Below, piece by piece: positions 33,161-43,954 of a stretch of DNA of 64,000 nucleotides (position 1 is the stretch's first letter; each line of letters begins with the position of its first letter). The position numbers were made by a program, and so were the translations under genes. The stretch comes from an uncultured Armatimonadia bacterium (GTDB taxonomy: Bacteria; Armatimonadota; Zipacnadia; CAVVLO01). Location: the NCBI GenBank assembly GCA_963749155.1, contig CAVVLO010000002.1, positions 256,001 through 320,000 on the forward strand, read 5' to 3'. The notes under the pieces are model-generated. The model had not been told where the DNA came from. It worked only from the letters and a program-made list of their open reading frames with translations, and did no database searches.

Positions 33161-34378
33161 ATGCAGAGTATACGTCCGAAAGCGCTGCTGCTTGCAGTGC
33201 TAGTTGTGGTATGCGCCTCAGTTTTGATCCTGGCCGGCTGCGGTCGGCAGGCAGAAGAACCAATCCAGACTCCAATCCCTGACAAGGTAACAGCCCCTGT
33301 GCTTTCTGGCGAGCCAGTAAAAGTTGGGGCAATCTTTTCGGTGACCGGTCCCGGCGCGCCTTTGGGCGAGCCTGAACAGGCTTCTGCAAAGATGCTGGTA
33401 GAGCAGATCAACGCCGAGGGTGGCATTAACGGCCGTCCCCTGGAAATCATCATCGAGGACGACGCGACCGAGGAGTCCAAGGCCGCAAGCGCTGCCAAGA
33501 AACTCCTCGAGCAGGACAAGGTCTGCGCCATCATCGGCCCCACGATGAGCGGCACCAGCCTGGCCATCATCGATACGATGGAGAAAGCCGGCATACCTTT
33601 GTTCTCCTGCGCCGCATCCGCGAAGATCACCAACCCCGTTAAGAAGTGGGTCTTCTCAAGCGCGCAGACCGATGTGCTGGCTGTCAAGCGGATTGTGAAA
33701 TACCTTGAGGCCAATAGCATCAAGAACGTCGCCATAATCTACGACAGCAACGCTTTCGGAACCAGCGGCGCCGAGCAGCTCAAGGCTCAGCTCCCCGCAG
33801 CAGGCGTGAAGATCGTAGATGAGGAAAAGTTTGGGACCAAGGACACTGACATGACTGCCCAGCTAACCAAAATCAAGGCCAAGAAGCCTGAGGCTGTCAT
33901 CTGCTGGGGCACCAATCCTGGTCCTGCTGTCGTGGCCAAGAACATGAAGAGCCTGGGTATCGAAGCTCAGCTCATCCAGAGCCATGGCGTAGCCAACAGC
34001 AAGTTCATCGAACTGGCTGGGGACGCCGCAGAGGGTGTAGTGCTGCCGGCAGGCAAGCTGCTTGTTGCTGGCGAGTTGCCCGAGAGCGACCCGCAGAAGG
34101 CCGTGCTGATGAAGTTCTCTGCAGATTATGAAGCGGCAACTGGCAAGCCTGCCGACACTTTTGGTGGGCATGCCTATGACTCGCTTGCGATGCTGGTTGT
34201 TGCCTTGAAGTCAGCCGGCGAGGAGCCTGCTGCTCTGCGCGATGCGATTGAGGCAATCCAGGGGCATGCCGGTATCGGTGGCGTGTTCAACCTGTCGGCG
34301 ACCGACCACAATGGGCTTACCGAAGAGGCCTTCACTTTCGTGAAGATCACCGGTGGCAAGTGGACGATGGCTGAATAG
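33161..34378 (+). CDS. livK: Branched-chain amino acid-type ABC transporter substrate-binding lipoprotein
   Basis: Lipobox LAGC; VKVGAIFSVTG and INAEGGINGRPLEIIIEDD motifs; GGGAGG RBS. Confidence 0.9.
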   Translation: MQSIRPKALLLAVLVVVCASVLILAGCGRQAEEPIQTPIPDKVTAPVLSGEPVKVGAIFSVTGPGAPLGEPEQASAKMLVEQINAEGGINGRPLEIIIEDDATEESKAASAAKKLLEQDKVCAIIGPTMSGTSLAIIDTMEKAGIPLFSCAASAKITNPVKKWVFSSAQTDVLAVKRIVKYLEANSIKNVAIIYDSNAFGTSGAEQLKAQLPAAGVKIVDEEKFGTKDTDMTAQLTKIKAKKPEAVICWGTNPGPAVVAKNMKSLGIEAQLIQSHGVANSKFIELAGDAAEGVVLPAGKLLVAGELPESDPQKAVLMKFSADYEAATGKPADTFGGHAYDSLAMLVVALKSAGEEPAALRDAIEAIQGHAGIGGVFNLSATDHNGLTEEAFTFVKITGGKWTMAE

Positions 34379-34397
34379 CTAGCAAGGAAACTGGTCA

Positions 34398-34433
34398 GTG
34401 GCGCTCCCGGATGATTCGGTCCGGGAGTGCCAC
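34398..34433 (+). other. Intercistronic stem-loop after the binding-protein gene
   Basis: GTGGCGCTCCCGGA / TCCGGGAGTGCCAC inverted repeat, a typical position for an mRNA-stabilising hairpin. Confidence 0.55.
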
Positions 34434-34454
34434 CGGCTTTGATGGAGCCAAAAT

Positions 34455-35331
34455 TTGCTGCAGTATATTCTTACAGGTATTACAACCGGCAGCGTATATG
34501 CGCTGGTGGCTCTTGGGTTCACCGTAATCTTCAACTCTACAGGCATAATCAACTTCGCCCAGGGAGAGTTTCTGGTCTTCGGCGGCTTGTTGTTCTACAG
34601 CCTGCACGTAGGCGCTGGCCTGCCCCTGGCGCTGGCCTTGCTGCTTGCCGTTGGGCTTACGGCGATCCTCGGACTGTTTATGGAGCGGCTGGCTATACGG
34701 CCCCTGTTGCGAGCCCCTCTTGTCACCCTGATTATCGTGACCATCGGCTGTTCGATGGTGCTGCGAGGCATTGCGCATGTGGCCTGGGGTTCGGACGCCT
34801 TGCCGGTGCCAGCCTTCTCGGGTGAAGAATCTGTCTTTCGTGGCCGGGGCGGCAATCCATCCGCAATACCTCTGGGTGCTGGGGCTTGCAAGCCTGGCTT
34901 TCCTGGCCGTGTGGTTTTTCTTCGAGCATACTCTTGCAGGCAAAGCGATGAGGGCATGCGCAGTCAATCCCGAGGCTGCGAGGCTCCAGGGCATCAGTGT
35001 CGAGCGGATGGTACAAGCCTCCTTTGCGATCAGCGCGGGCCTCTCGGCACTAGCTGGCGCGGTCATTGCGCCTATCACCTTCGCTTCGTATGACGGCGGG
35101 ATGGTCCTCGGGCTCAAGGGCTTCGCAGGAGCGGTACTTGGGGGCCTGGGCAATGGCGCCGGAGCGGTTGTGGGCGGACTGGTGGTTGGGCTGCTTGAGA
35201 ATATCGCCGTTGGCATCGCGCCCGAGGGTTATGCAGGCTACAAGGACGCCTTCGCCTTTCTGATACTGCTGCTGGTGCTGTTCCTCCGGCCTGGCGGGCT
35301 GCTGGGCAAGCGCCGCACGGAGGGGGTGTAG
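34455..35331 (+). CDS. livH: LivH-type ABC permease (frameshift near 34832)
   Basis: GSVYALVALGFT, INFAQGEF, GKAMRA and GFAGAVLGGLG motifs. Confidence 0.88.
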
Positions 35332-35334
35332 GCG

Positions 35335-36327
35335 ATGAGACGACTGGGCGAGTGGAAAGGTTTTCTGCTTTTGGCGATCCTGGTGGCCGCCCTGCCCCTT
35401 GTGACACGAAGCGCGTATTTCCTCAATATGGGCGTCTTTATTGGACTCTACGCGCTCATCGCAACGGGCCTTGGACTGCTGCTTGGTTATGCTGGCCAGG
35501 TGTCCCTGGGTCATGCGGCCTTCTACGGGCTTGGCGCCTACAGTTCCGCCATACTGACTTTGCACTACGGGATAAATCCCTGGCTAGCTCTGGTCGCTGC
35601 CGCTGCAATAACCGGCCTGGTGGCCTGGCTTATCGGTAAGCCCACGTTGAAGCTGCATGGCCATTATCTGGCAATGGCAACACTGGGTTTCGGCATTATT
35701 TGCAACATACTTTTTGGCGAGGGCGGGGCCTTTACCGGAGGTCCTTCAGGCCTTCCGGGTATCCCGCGACTCGCCATCGGCAGCTTTGAGTTCAACACCG
35801 ACCTCAGAATGTACTGCCTGGTGTGGCCTCTGGTCGCGTTGCAACTGGTGCTGATGCGCAACCTGCTCAAGTCACGCCTGGGGAGAGCTCTGAGGGCAAT
35901 CCACGACAGCGAACTGGCTGCCTCGAGTTGCGCAATCGACCCTGGCAAGACCAAACTTATGGTCTTCACGCTGAGCGCGGTGTGGGCCTCTCTTGCCGGC
36001 AGCCTGTATGCGCATACTTTAAGCTTCGTGAATCCCAATCCTTTCGGATTCGTCTTTTCGGTTACTCTGGTGGTAATGGTGGTAGTGGGTGGCTCCAGGA
36101 GCCTGTGGGGTCCCTTGCTTGGGGTCACGGCGTACAGCCTGCTGCATGAGGCGCTTACTTCAGGCACGATGGAGCAACTGCTGGGCGCTATGGGAATACC
36201 TGAAGACCGGTTGCAATCGCTTGTAGTGGTGCTGTTTGGCGTGCTGCTGATCCTGATGCTGCAGTTCAGGCCGAAGGGGCTGGCCAGCTTCACCAGGCAG
36301 AAGAGAGAGGTGCCCGATGCCGGCTGA
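35335..36327 (+). CDS. livM: LivM-type ABC permease
   Basis: GYAGQVSLGHAAFYGLGAY, GHYLAMATLGF and SRLGRALRAI motifs. Confidence 0.9.
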   Translation: MRRLGEWKGFLLLAILVAALPLVTRSAYFLNMGVFIGLYALIATGLGLLLGYAGQVSLGHAAFYGLGAYSSAILTLHYGINPWLALVAAAAITGLVAWLIGKPTLKLHGHYLAMATLGFGIICNILFGEGGAFTGGPSGLPGIPRLAIGSFEFNTDLRMYCLVWPLVALQLVLMRNLLKSRLGRALRAIHDSELAASSCAIDPGKTKLMVFTLSAVWASLAGSLYAHTLSFVNPNPFGFVFSVTLVVMVVVGGSRSLWGPLLGVTAYSLLHEALTSGTMEQLLGAMGIPEDRLQSLVVVLFGVLLILMLQFRPKGLASFTRQKREVPDAG

Positions 36328-37096
36328 GGGGCCCTTGCTGAGGCTTGAAGAGTTGCGCAAGACCTTCGATGGCGTGGTGGCCGTGGACGGGGTCAGCCTG
36401 AACATCGAGGCAGGCAGTATTTTCGGGCTCATTGGGCCAAACGGGGCGGGCAAGACCACTCTTTTCAACGTCGTGTCAGGGCTTTTCCCGGCGACGTCGG
36501 GGCAAGTGTTTCTGGAAAACACACTGCTGAGCGGGCTGGCGCAATATCAGATAGCCAGACTCGGAGTGGCGAGGACTTTCCAGAACCTGCAGCTTTTCGT
36601 TGGAATGACAGTGCTCGAGAACGTGCTGGCAGGCTGTCACAAGCATGGCCGGCAAGGGTTGCTGGCTTCGATGATGAGCCTGCCTGGGGTGCTTCGAGAA
36701 GAGCAAGCCCTGAGCGAGCGGGCCGCGGAGGCGCTCGAATTCGTAGGGCTTGCCCAGATGGCAGACTTGCAGGCCGCGCAGCTTCCTCCGGGGCAGCAGC
36801 GGCTTGTCGAGATAGCAAGAGCGCTGGCCGGAGAGCCTCGGCTGTTGCTGCTGGATGAACCTGCGGCAGGGCTTACTACGCGCGAGACCCGCGTACTTGG
36901 TGAACTGGTGGCGAAACTTGGAGAGCGCCATATAACTACGGTGCTGATAGAACATGATATGAGCCTGGTAATGAAGGTGTGCGAGACGGTCGCTGTGCTG
37001 GACCAGGGCAAGCTGCTGGCAATCGGGGCGCCGGAGCAGGTCCAGGCAGATAGCGCCGTAGTCGCTGCCTATCTGGGGGAGGAAGAGCCGGTATGA
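36317..37096 (+). CDS. livG: LivG-type ABC ATPase
   Basis: GLIGPNGAGKTT, ARTFQN, LLLLDEPAAG and IEHDM motifs. Confidence 0.92.
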   Translation: MPAEGPLLRLEELRKTFDGVVAVDGVSLNIEAGSIFGLIGPNGAGKTTLFNVVSGLFPATSGQVFLENTLLSGLAQYQIARLGVARTFQNLQLFVGMTVLENVLAGCHKHGRQGLLASMMSLPGVLREEQALSERAAEALEFVGLAQMADLQAAQLPPGQQRLVEIARALAGEPRLLLLDEPAAGLTTRETRVLGELVAKLGERHITTVLIEHDMSLVMKVCETVAVLDQGKLLAIGAPEQVQADSAVVAAYLGEEEPV

Positions 37097-37839
37097 GTGC
37101 TGGTTCGCTTCTTCTCACACTAGGCAGCGTAAACACTTTTTACGACCAGTTGCACGTACTCAAGGGAGTCTCGCTGCATGTGGACGAGGGCGAGTTGGTG
37201 GCCTTGCTTGGAGCAAATGGCGCCGGTAAAACGACCACTCTGAGAACAGTATGCGGTCTGGTGAAGCCTCGCAGCGGCAAGCTGGTCTTCGAGGGGACGG
37301 AACTGGCAGGCAAGAGCCCTGAGGCCTTGGTGCGACTTGGGATTGTGCAGGCGCCAGAGGGAAGGCAGTTGTTCGGGCCACTGACTGTGGAGGAGAACCT
37401 GTTGCTCGGGGCCTATTCCAGGTTAAAGATCGAAGGCAAAAAAGCCGTTAAGGAACACCTGGGGGAGCTATACGAACGCTTTCCTATACTTGCCGAACGG
37501 CGCAAGCAGCGCAGTGGAAGCTTGTCGGGAGGCCAGCAACAGTTGCTCGCTATCGGCAGGGCACTGATGGCCAGGCCCAAACTGTTGCTGCTGGATGAGC
37601 CTTGCCTGGGTCTTGCGCCCTTGATGGCCAGGCAGATAATGCAGGTCGTTGCGGAACTGCGCGATGCGGGAACAACCATCCTGCTGGTCGAGCAAAATGC
37701 GCGAGCGGCCCTGGCGATAGCTGACAGAGGTTATGTGCTGGAGACTGGCAAGCTGGTACTCGAAGGCAGCGCGGAAGAATTGCTTCGCAACCGCGATGTG
37801 CGTCGAGCTTATCTGGGCAAGGACTATGACGAGGTGTAG
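37093..37839 (+). CDS. livF: LivF-type ABC ATPase
   Basis: GANGAGKTT, PEGRQLF, LSGGQQQ and LVEQN motifs. Confidence 0.92.
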   Translation: MSAGSLLLTLGSVNTFYDQLHVLKGVSLHVDEGELVALLGANGAGKTTTLRTVCGLVKPRSGKLVFEGTELAGKSPEALVRLGIVQAPEGRQLFGPLTVEENLLLGAYSRLKIEGKKAVKEHLGELYERFPILAERRKQRSGSLSGGQQQLLAIGRALMARPKLLLLDEPCLGLAPLMARQIMQVVAELRDAGTTILLVEQNARAALAIADRGYVLETGKLVLEGSAEELLRNRDVRRAYLGKDYDEV

Positions 37840-37843
37840 CAAG

Positions 37844-39139
37844 ATGAGCACTGAGCACATATGGAGTCCTCGCTATGAGACCCTGGGCAGGACAGAGCTT
37901 GCTCAATTGCAACTTGAACGGCTGCAGGCGACGATAAATCGAGCCTCCAGGCATGTGCCTTTCTACAACAGGCGACTCGAGGAGCTTGGCCTCGAGCCGG
38001 AGGATTTTCAGAGCCCGGCTGACCTTGGCCGACTACCCTTCACTACCAAGGAAGACCTGCGGGCAAGTTATCCCTATGACATGGTAGCTGTGCCACTGCG
38101 CGAGGTTGTAAGGTTTCATCTCTCCTCGGGGACTACCGGCGCGCCGACAGTTATCGCTTACACCGCCAACGATCTGGCCCATTGGACTGATCTGGTGGCA
38201 CGGAATCTGGCGGCGGCAGGAGTTGGCCGAGATGACGTGGTGCAGATATTTTTCGGGTATGGATTGTTTTCGGGAGGCTTCGGCCTGCACCAGGGGGCCG
38301 AGGCACTAGGGGCATCGGTCATTCCTGTGTCGAGTCTGGAGCTGCAACAGCAGCTTCAGATAATGCAGGACTTCCGCAGTACGGTGCTGGTGGGGCTGCC
38401 TTCTTACGCGCTAACCCTTGCCCAGGAGCTAGAACGTAGTGGGCTCGATCCAAAGGGATTGTCGCTGCGTGTAGGACTGTTCGGGGCAGAGCCCTGGAGC
38501 GAGAAGACACGCAAGGAGATAGAGGCGCGTTTATACCTGGAAGCTTTCGACATCTATGGGCTGAGCGAGATGGGCGGCCCAGGGGTCTCGGGCGAGTGTC
38601 AGTATCACTCGGGGCTTCATCTGGCAGAAGACCACTTTTTAATAGAACTTCTGGATCCTGTCACAGGAATACCGGTAGCTGAGGGCGAAGAAGGCGAGTT
38701 AGTGTTCACTTCACTGACCCGCGAGGCCTTGCCATTGATCAGATATCGCTCGGGCGATCTGTCACGCATCACCACGGAGCCCTGCAAATGCGGTCGCACA
38801 AGCGCCAGGATGGAACGGGTATCGCGCCGGATCGACGATATGCTGATAGTGCATGGCATCAACGTTTTCCCAGAGGATGTTGCGGCAGTATTGAAAGGAT
38901 TTGCGGAGCTTGGTAGTGACTATCAGCTGGTGGCCGAGCGGCAGGAAGGCCTTGATGTGCTGGAAGTACGTGCCGAACTGGTAGAATTGCCCTCGGATGT
39001 GCGCGCAATGCACCAGCTAGTAGGAGAACGGCTGGAGCAGGCGCTTGGATTTGAGGTGCGGATTGCTCTTGTGGAGCCTGGCAGCCTGGGAGCAGGCAGT
39101 GCAGGCTTCAAACGAGCTGTGGACAAACGAGATAACTAG
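37844..39139 (+). CDS. paaK: Phenylacetate-CoA ligase family protein
   Basis: LPFTTKEDLR, SSGTTG, GAEPWSE, IYGLSE, PLIRYRSGD and DDMLIVHGINVFP motifs. Confidence 0.88.
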   Translation: MSTEHIWSPRYETLGRTELAQLQLERLQATINRASRHVPFYNRRLEELGLEPEDFQSPADLGRLPFTTKEDLRASYPYDMVAVPLREVVRFHLSSGTTGAPTVIAYTANDLAHWTDLVARNLAAAGVGRDDVVQIFFGYGLFSGGFGLHQGAEALGASVIPVSSLELQQQLQIMQDFRSTVLVGLPSYALTLAQELERSGLDPKGLSLRVGLFGAEPWSEKTRKEIEARLYLEAFDIYGLSEMGGPGVSGECQYHSGLHLAEDHFLIELLDPVTGIPVAEGEEGELVFTSLTREALPLIRYRSGDLSRITTEPCKCGRTSARMERVSRRIDDMLIVHGINVFPEDVAAVLKGFAELGSDYQLVAERQEGLDVLEVRAELVELPSDVRAMHQLVGERLEQALGFEVRIALVEPGSLGAGSAGFKRAVDKRDN

Positions 39140-39208
39140 GTCAGGTGGTTCTGTGTCCGCGTAACCCTAAGGCAAGCGGGCGCAAATAATAGCAAGGGGG
39201 GAACCCAA

Positions 39209-40348
39209 GTGAAGTATGTATTAGTAGTAGCGCTGCTGGTTGCGATCGCAGTGCCAACCCTGGCGGCCGATACAGTCGAGTCGCTAAAAACGCAGGTCGA
39301 TCAACTCACCGCGACGCTGAATGCTGTCTCGGCACAACTGGCTGAAGTAACTGCGCGTCTGGCCGAGGTAGAGGCCTGCGTACCGCCGCCAGTCGTAACC
39401 GGCGAGGGCTCTGTGAAGGCCGCGCCCAAGTGCTGGTACGACAGTCTAACCATCAATGGTTATTGGCAGGGCAGGTATGAGGCGAGAGAGGACAGCTCAG
39501 ATGACTGGATTATGAGGCAGGCCTATCTTAACTTCATCGCCAAACCCAACGACCGGACCCTGGGTGTCTTCACGCTGACACGTGTTGGTCCAGGTGAGCC
39601 CCAGATCGACCTGTGCAACGCTTTCGTTCAGTACAAGCTGGATGATATGTGGACAATCAGCGCGGGGCAGCTACTTACCGACTTCGGTTACGAAGTAAAT
39701 CAGGGCAGCAGCGCGCGGCTCCCGCTCGAGCGCTGGGTTGCTGCAGAAGGCATCCCGACTCGGCCTGATCGCGGCGGATTGCCTGGCATGTATTTCAAGG
39801 GCCCATGGGACCGCGGTTTTGGGATTTCTCGCGCCCAGGACGGAGATGCGCCAGCGATTAGTCTGGCCATCATCAACGGTAACTTCCGCGATGCTGACAA
39901 CAATACCGCCAAGACGGTAGAAGCCAGCATGAAGTGGAAGAAGTCCTGGGGTCAGTTTGGCGCCAGTTATGTCAACGGCAAGCTGAACGATCCTGCAACA
40001 GGCCTCATCGAGCAGGACCGCGAAGCGATCTGCTTGTTCGTCCATACCGATCCGACCCCTTGGGGTTTCCAGGCCGAGTGGCTGGAAGGCCGGCTCTTCG
40101 ATCAGGATATCGAGGGCTGGTATGGGATGGTATCGAACAAGACTGGTCCGAAGACGACTTCTTTCGTACGCTATGAAGAGTACGATCCGAACAAGGGCAG
40201 TGCAGGCAATACCTTCAATGCCTGGCATATCGGTCTGGCGTATCAGTTGGACGCCAACAACGAGCTTACCGTGCAGTACACTGACGCTGGTGGCAACACC
40301 TGCTGGGACTATGACATGTTCGGCCTGCAGTGGCAGAACGGCTTCTAG
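39209..40348 (+). CDS. Outer-membrane porin-like beta-barrel with N-terminal coiled coil
   Basis: Signal peptide, coiled coil, amphipathic strands, DRGFG and C-terminal F (OprO/P-like pattern). Confidence 0.7.
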   Translation: MKYVLVVALLVAIAVPTLAADTVESLKTQVDQLTATLNAVSAQLAEVTARLAEVEACVPPPVVTGEGSVKAAPKCWYDSLTINGYWQGRYEAREDSSDDWIMRQAYLNFIAKPNDRTLGVFTLTRVGPGEPQIDLCNAFVQYKLDDMWTISAGQLLTDFGYEVNQGSSARLPLERWVAAEGIPTRPDRGGLPGMYFKGPWDRGFGISRAQDGDAPAISLAIINGNFRDADNNTAKTVEASMKWKKSWGQFGASYVNGKLNDPATGLIEQDREAICLFVHTDPTPWGFQAEWLEGRLFDQDIEGWYGMVSNKTGPKTTSFVRYEEYDPNKGSAGNTFNAWHIGLAYQLDANNELTVQYTDAGGNTCWDYDMFGLQWQNGF

Positions 40349-40373
40349 CCCGACTGTAAGCAAGTCAATGTGG

Positions 40374-40404
40374 AAGGGCCGCCTTCGGGCGGCCCTTTTA
40401 TTTT
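40374..40404 (+). terminator. Rho-independent terminator
   Basis: AAGGGCCGCC-TTCG-GGCGGCCCTT followed by TTATTTT. Confidence 0.85.
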
Positions 40405-40465
40405 GGGCAGGGATTAGCCATCAGGTGGCGCAACTAGGGCCAGTTAACCTCTGGAGGCGAGGAAG

Positions 40466-43400
40466 ATGAGCATCCTCAAAGGGCTAGTCTGTATTCTGGC
40501 AGTCTTCACCTTGGTCTGGCCTGCCTATGCCGAGGGGTGGCTGCTTTTCGATGATATGGAAGGAAGCAAAGCCAGTTGGACGGCAGAAAGGGGCACTGCG
40601 GCTAACATACGCACAACGACCGAGCAAGCGCATTTGGGCAAACGAAGTCTTGCAGTGACACTGCTGCCCCAGCAAGAGGGCCGTATGGTCAGGGCGGACT
40701 GGATGGCCGAACTTGGCGACGTGGCGTTGACATCCGACTCACGCGTTCGCTTCTGGATGAAGGGCAGTCCTCTGGCAAAGGCCCCTCATGGCGGCATCCT
40801 CCTGGTTGAGAGAGGGGGTAAAGTCGGAGGTGGAGATTCTCACTGGATGCTGGAGCTGCCTGGGGAGCTCTACTCGAGCAAAAACTGGACCAGGTTTCAA
40901 ACCAAGCCAGTGGCGCAGGCAAATAATCCCGAATGGGCGCCTGATGCCAATGGTACGCCTGACCTGGATGCCATCGTGGCGTTGTTGTTCGTTGCCCAGG
41001 AAGATGGGCCGGGCGAACACCTGCAATATACGGTCTTCTTCGATGAGGTGGAACTGAGTGAGACAGGGGTAGTCGAACCGCATTACACCGAGGCCACGGT
41101 CCAGCCTCAGCCTGACCGCATAACACCCATCTGGCGAGGTTTTCAGGGACGCGAAGAGAGAGTATCCAGTAGCCATTGATTTTACTGATATCACGGGCTG
41201 GCGGGCTGCAACCTGGGGCGAGGCGGGTATCACGATGCAACGCTCCGAGGAGGAGCCCTGCTATGAGGATTTACGCTATCAGGCGAAGCTGACCTATTGG
41301 TGCAAGCGCGGACCGGCGCGGTATGCGCTCATCCCGCCCCAGCCAGTCAAGGTAGAAGGCCCGGCTCAATGCAGTTGTCGCGTGGGTCTGGGGCAACAAC
41401 TGGGACTGGATGCCTCACGCCGACACGCCCTCGGTCTATATCTGGGTCAGCCTGGTAGACAGCACCGGGCAGCATCACAGGTTGAACCTGGGCATCGTAA
41501 ACTTTAGATTTTATGGGATGCTGCACAAGCGGGTACGAGACAATCCCTTTGGTGATCCGGGTCACAGGTTTTGGGGAGGGGCGGGAGATGGCAAGCTGCA
41601 CGCGCCCTTTTCCGTTGAGCGTATCGAGATCGAGAACGGCAGCAATCCCGAGCCTCGGACTATCTATCTGGAGTCGGTAGCCTTCTTCCAGGACGATATG
41701 GAATTGCCCGAGTTTCGTCCGGAGCTGATTGAGAAGCTGCCCTTCCCGACAACAACAAAGACTATCACCCCTAATGTGAGGCAGGTTGCCAACCCCAGCG
41801 TGAGGCAGGACGGAGCGGCCTGGGTGCTGACATCAGAAGGCGATGAGAGGCTCACCTGGCGTTATGAGCCAGCGACGGGCACCTTGTCCGACCTGGGTGT
41901 GAAGGTAGGCGAGAAGGCCAGCTTCATCCCCTGCGCCGGTGGCGGACCGACCGTGCTACTGGCAGGACAAGAATATGTGGCAGGATCATCTCAGCTTGGG
42001 CGTGAACTGCTCTCGGCCATAAAGGAAGGCAACGGCGTCAGGGCAAACTGGCGAGTAAGCGCAGGCGGGGAGAGCACCGAGTATAGCTTGCGACTGACAG
42101 TAAGTGGCAAGTCACTTATTGTGGACTGGTCGTCGCCAGAGGCGAAGGTCACGAATCTCTCACTTGGCCGGGCCGAAGGGCTCAAAGCGCCACAGCTCTT
42201 CCGGGTGCCCTATCTGGTCGTGATGCGCGACATCCCGCAGGTGTTACTGGACCAGGAGGTCTTCTGCCTGACTTTGCTGGACTGGTACAACACCGAGAGC
42301 TCAGGATTGAACTGGATTGAGTGTGGAGTAAGGAGCGATGGCACGGCGGTGATGAACGGGGGCAGTTATTATATGCCCCTCACCGATGGCACTCGCAATC
42401 GGCTGGGAGAGAGGCAGTTCATCAATGTGTCGAGTGACTTCCTCGAGGTGCTGCCGAATATCCCCAATCCCCCCTCGGACCAGCGCGAAGTGCTGAAGAC
42501 CCATCTTTATTGCCATGTGGGCGGGGTGTCGGTGAGCAGGTTCCAGGAGTGGTTGAAGCTTTGGCAGGGCTACAAACGGCGCGGTATCGACAACGTGCTG
42601 ATGACCCACCACGAGGATGCCTGGAGTAATGGCAACGATGTTGGGCAAGGCCAGCAGGAATATACCTTCACTACCGAGGCAGCGCCGGAGATCGGTGATG
42701 AGCAGCTGATCGAGTATTGCAGCGCAGTAAAAGAGCTGGGCTGGCATGTAGGGCTATACGAAAACTTCACCGACTACAATCCTCTGGGCAAGTCGTGGGA
42801 CATCCGCAACGCGTCCCGGCAGTCGACAGGAGAGTTGCTACGCGTTTGGCCACCGACATATGCCCCCAATCCGTTAAAAGCCTTGGAGGGAGCGCTCTAT
42901 TACCCGAGGGCAATCAGGGAGAAGTTCGGCTGCAATACAGCCTACCGCGATTGCCATACAGCTTTTGTGCCCTGGGGAGAGGTCGACTTCCGCGCAGGCA
43001 CGCCTGGAGCGGGCAAGTTTAGTACCAACTTCCGGGCCTGGGGAGCCTTGCTGGACGATGGGAGCGCCGCCTATGAGGGGCCGGTGGTGAGTGAAGGGCT
43101 GCATCAATGCTACCTTGCCGGGCTGGTCGATAGCAGTTATGGACAAATCAACTTGAGCGGAGCTGAGAAGTTATCCGTTGCTGGTGGACTTCGGCGTGCG
43201 CAAGCTGAACAAGCTCGGGGCCGATGTGGCGATGTCTCCCAGTTGGGTATGGGGGCGGGGACTGTACAACTCGATGGCGGCGTCCATCGCCTACGGGCAT
43301 ATCGGCTACCTGCCGCCCACCGGTAACACCGAGGCTGGTATCTATTATTACCTGATGCAGCAGTTGCAGAATCGCTATGTGATGGAACCTGTGGAGAGCA

Positions 43401-43942
43401 TCCTGTATCACCAGGCTGGCCGGCTGGAAGACGCTTCTCAGGCCCTTAAGTCGGGCGCGTGGGAGAACAGTCAGGTGCTAATCAGCTATGAGAACGGCCT
43501 CGAAGATCGCGTTAACTGCAACCCGGAGCAGGTTTGGGAGGTCGAACTTGGAGGCAGGCCTTATAGCCTGGCGCCGGATTCCTGGGCGGCTGTGCAGGGC
43601 GACGGATTCGAGACTTGTTGCACGGTAGAGGAGGGGCACAGGGTTGGCTGGCTGGTGGCGCCCGAGTATCGTTTCTACTGGTCTGAGGGTGTCCTGCGTG
43701 ATTTTGGCGAAGTCGAGACGGACGGCGGGGTAGTATTTCGTCTGCAGCCGGACAGAAGTGAGGAGCTGATTGTCATCAGGCCTTTCAGCAGCCTGAAGCT
43801 AGGCGGCCAGGTAGTAGTGACCGAAGCGCTGGGTGAGCAGAGAGAAGCACTAGGGCCGGTAGCGACTCAGCAGGATGGAGATAGAGTGCTGGTGACACCG
43901 GTTGCAGGCGCTGTGTCGTACCTCCTGAAAGAGCAGGATTAG
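40466..43942 (+). CDS. Large secreted multi-domain putative glycoside hydrolase (DUF5696-like TIM barrel); several frameshifts
   Basis: ORFs 40466..41179, 41235.., 41410..43326 and 43178..43942 in series; CBM-like N-terminus; LYENFTD, YRDCHT and VVSEG motifs. Confidence 0.55.
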
Positions 43943-43954
43943 GAGCGAGCCGAT

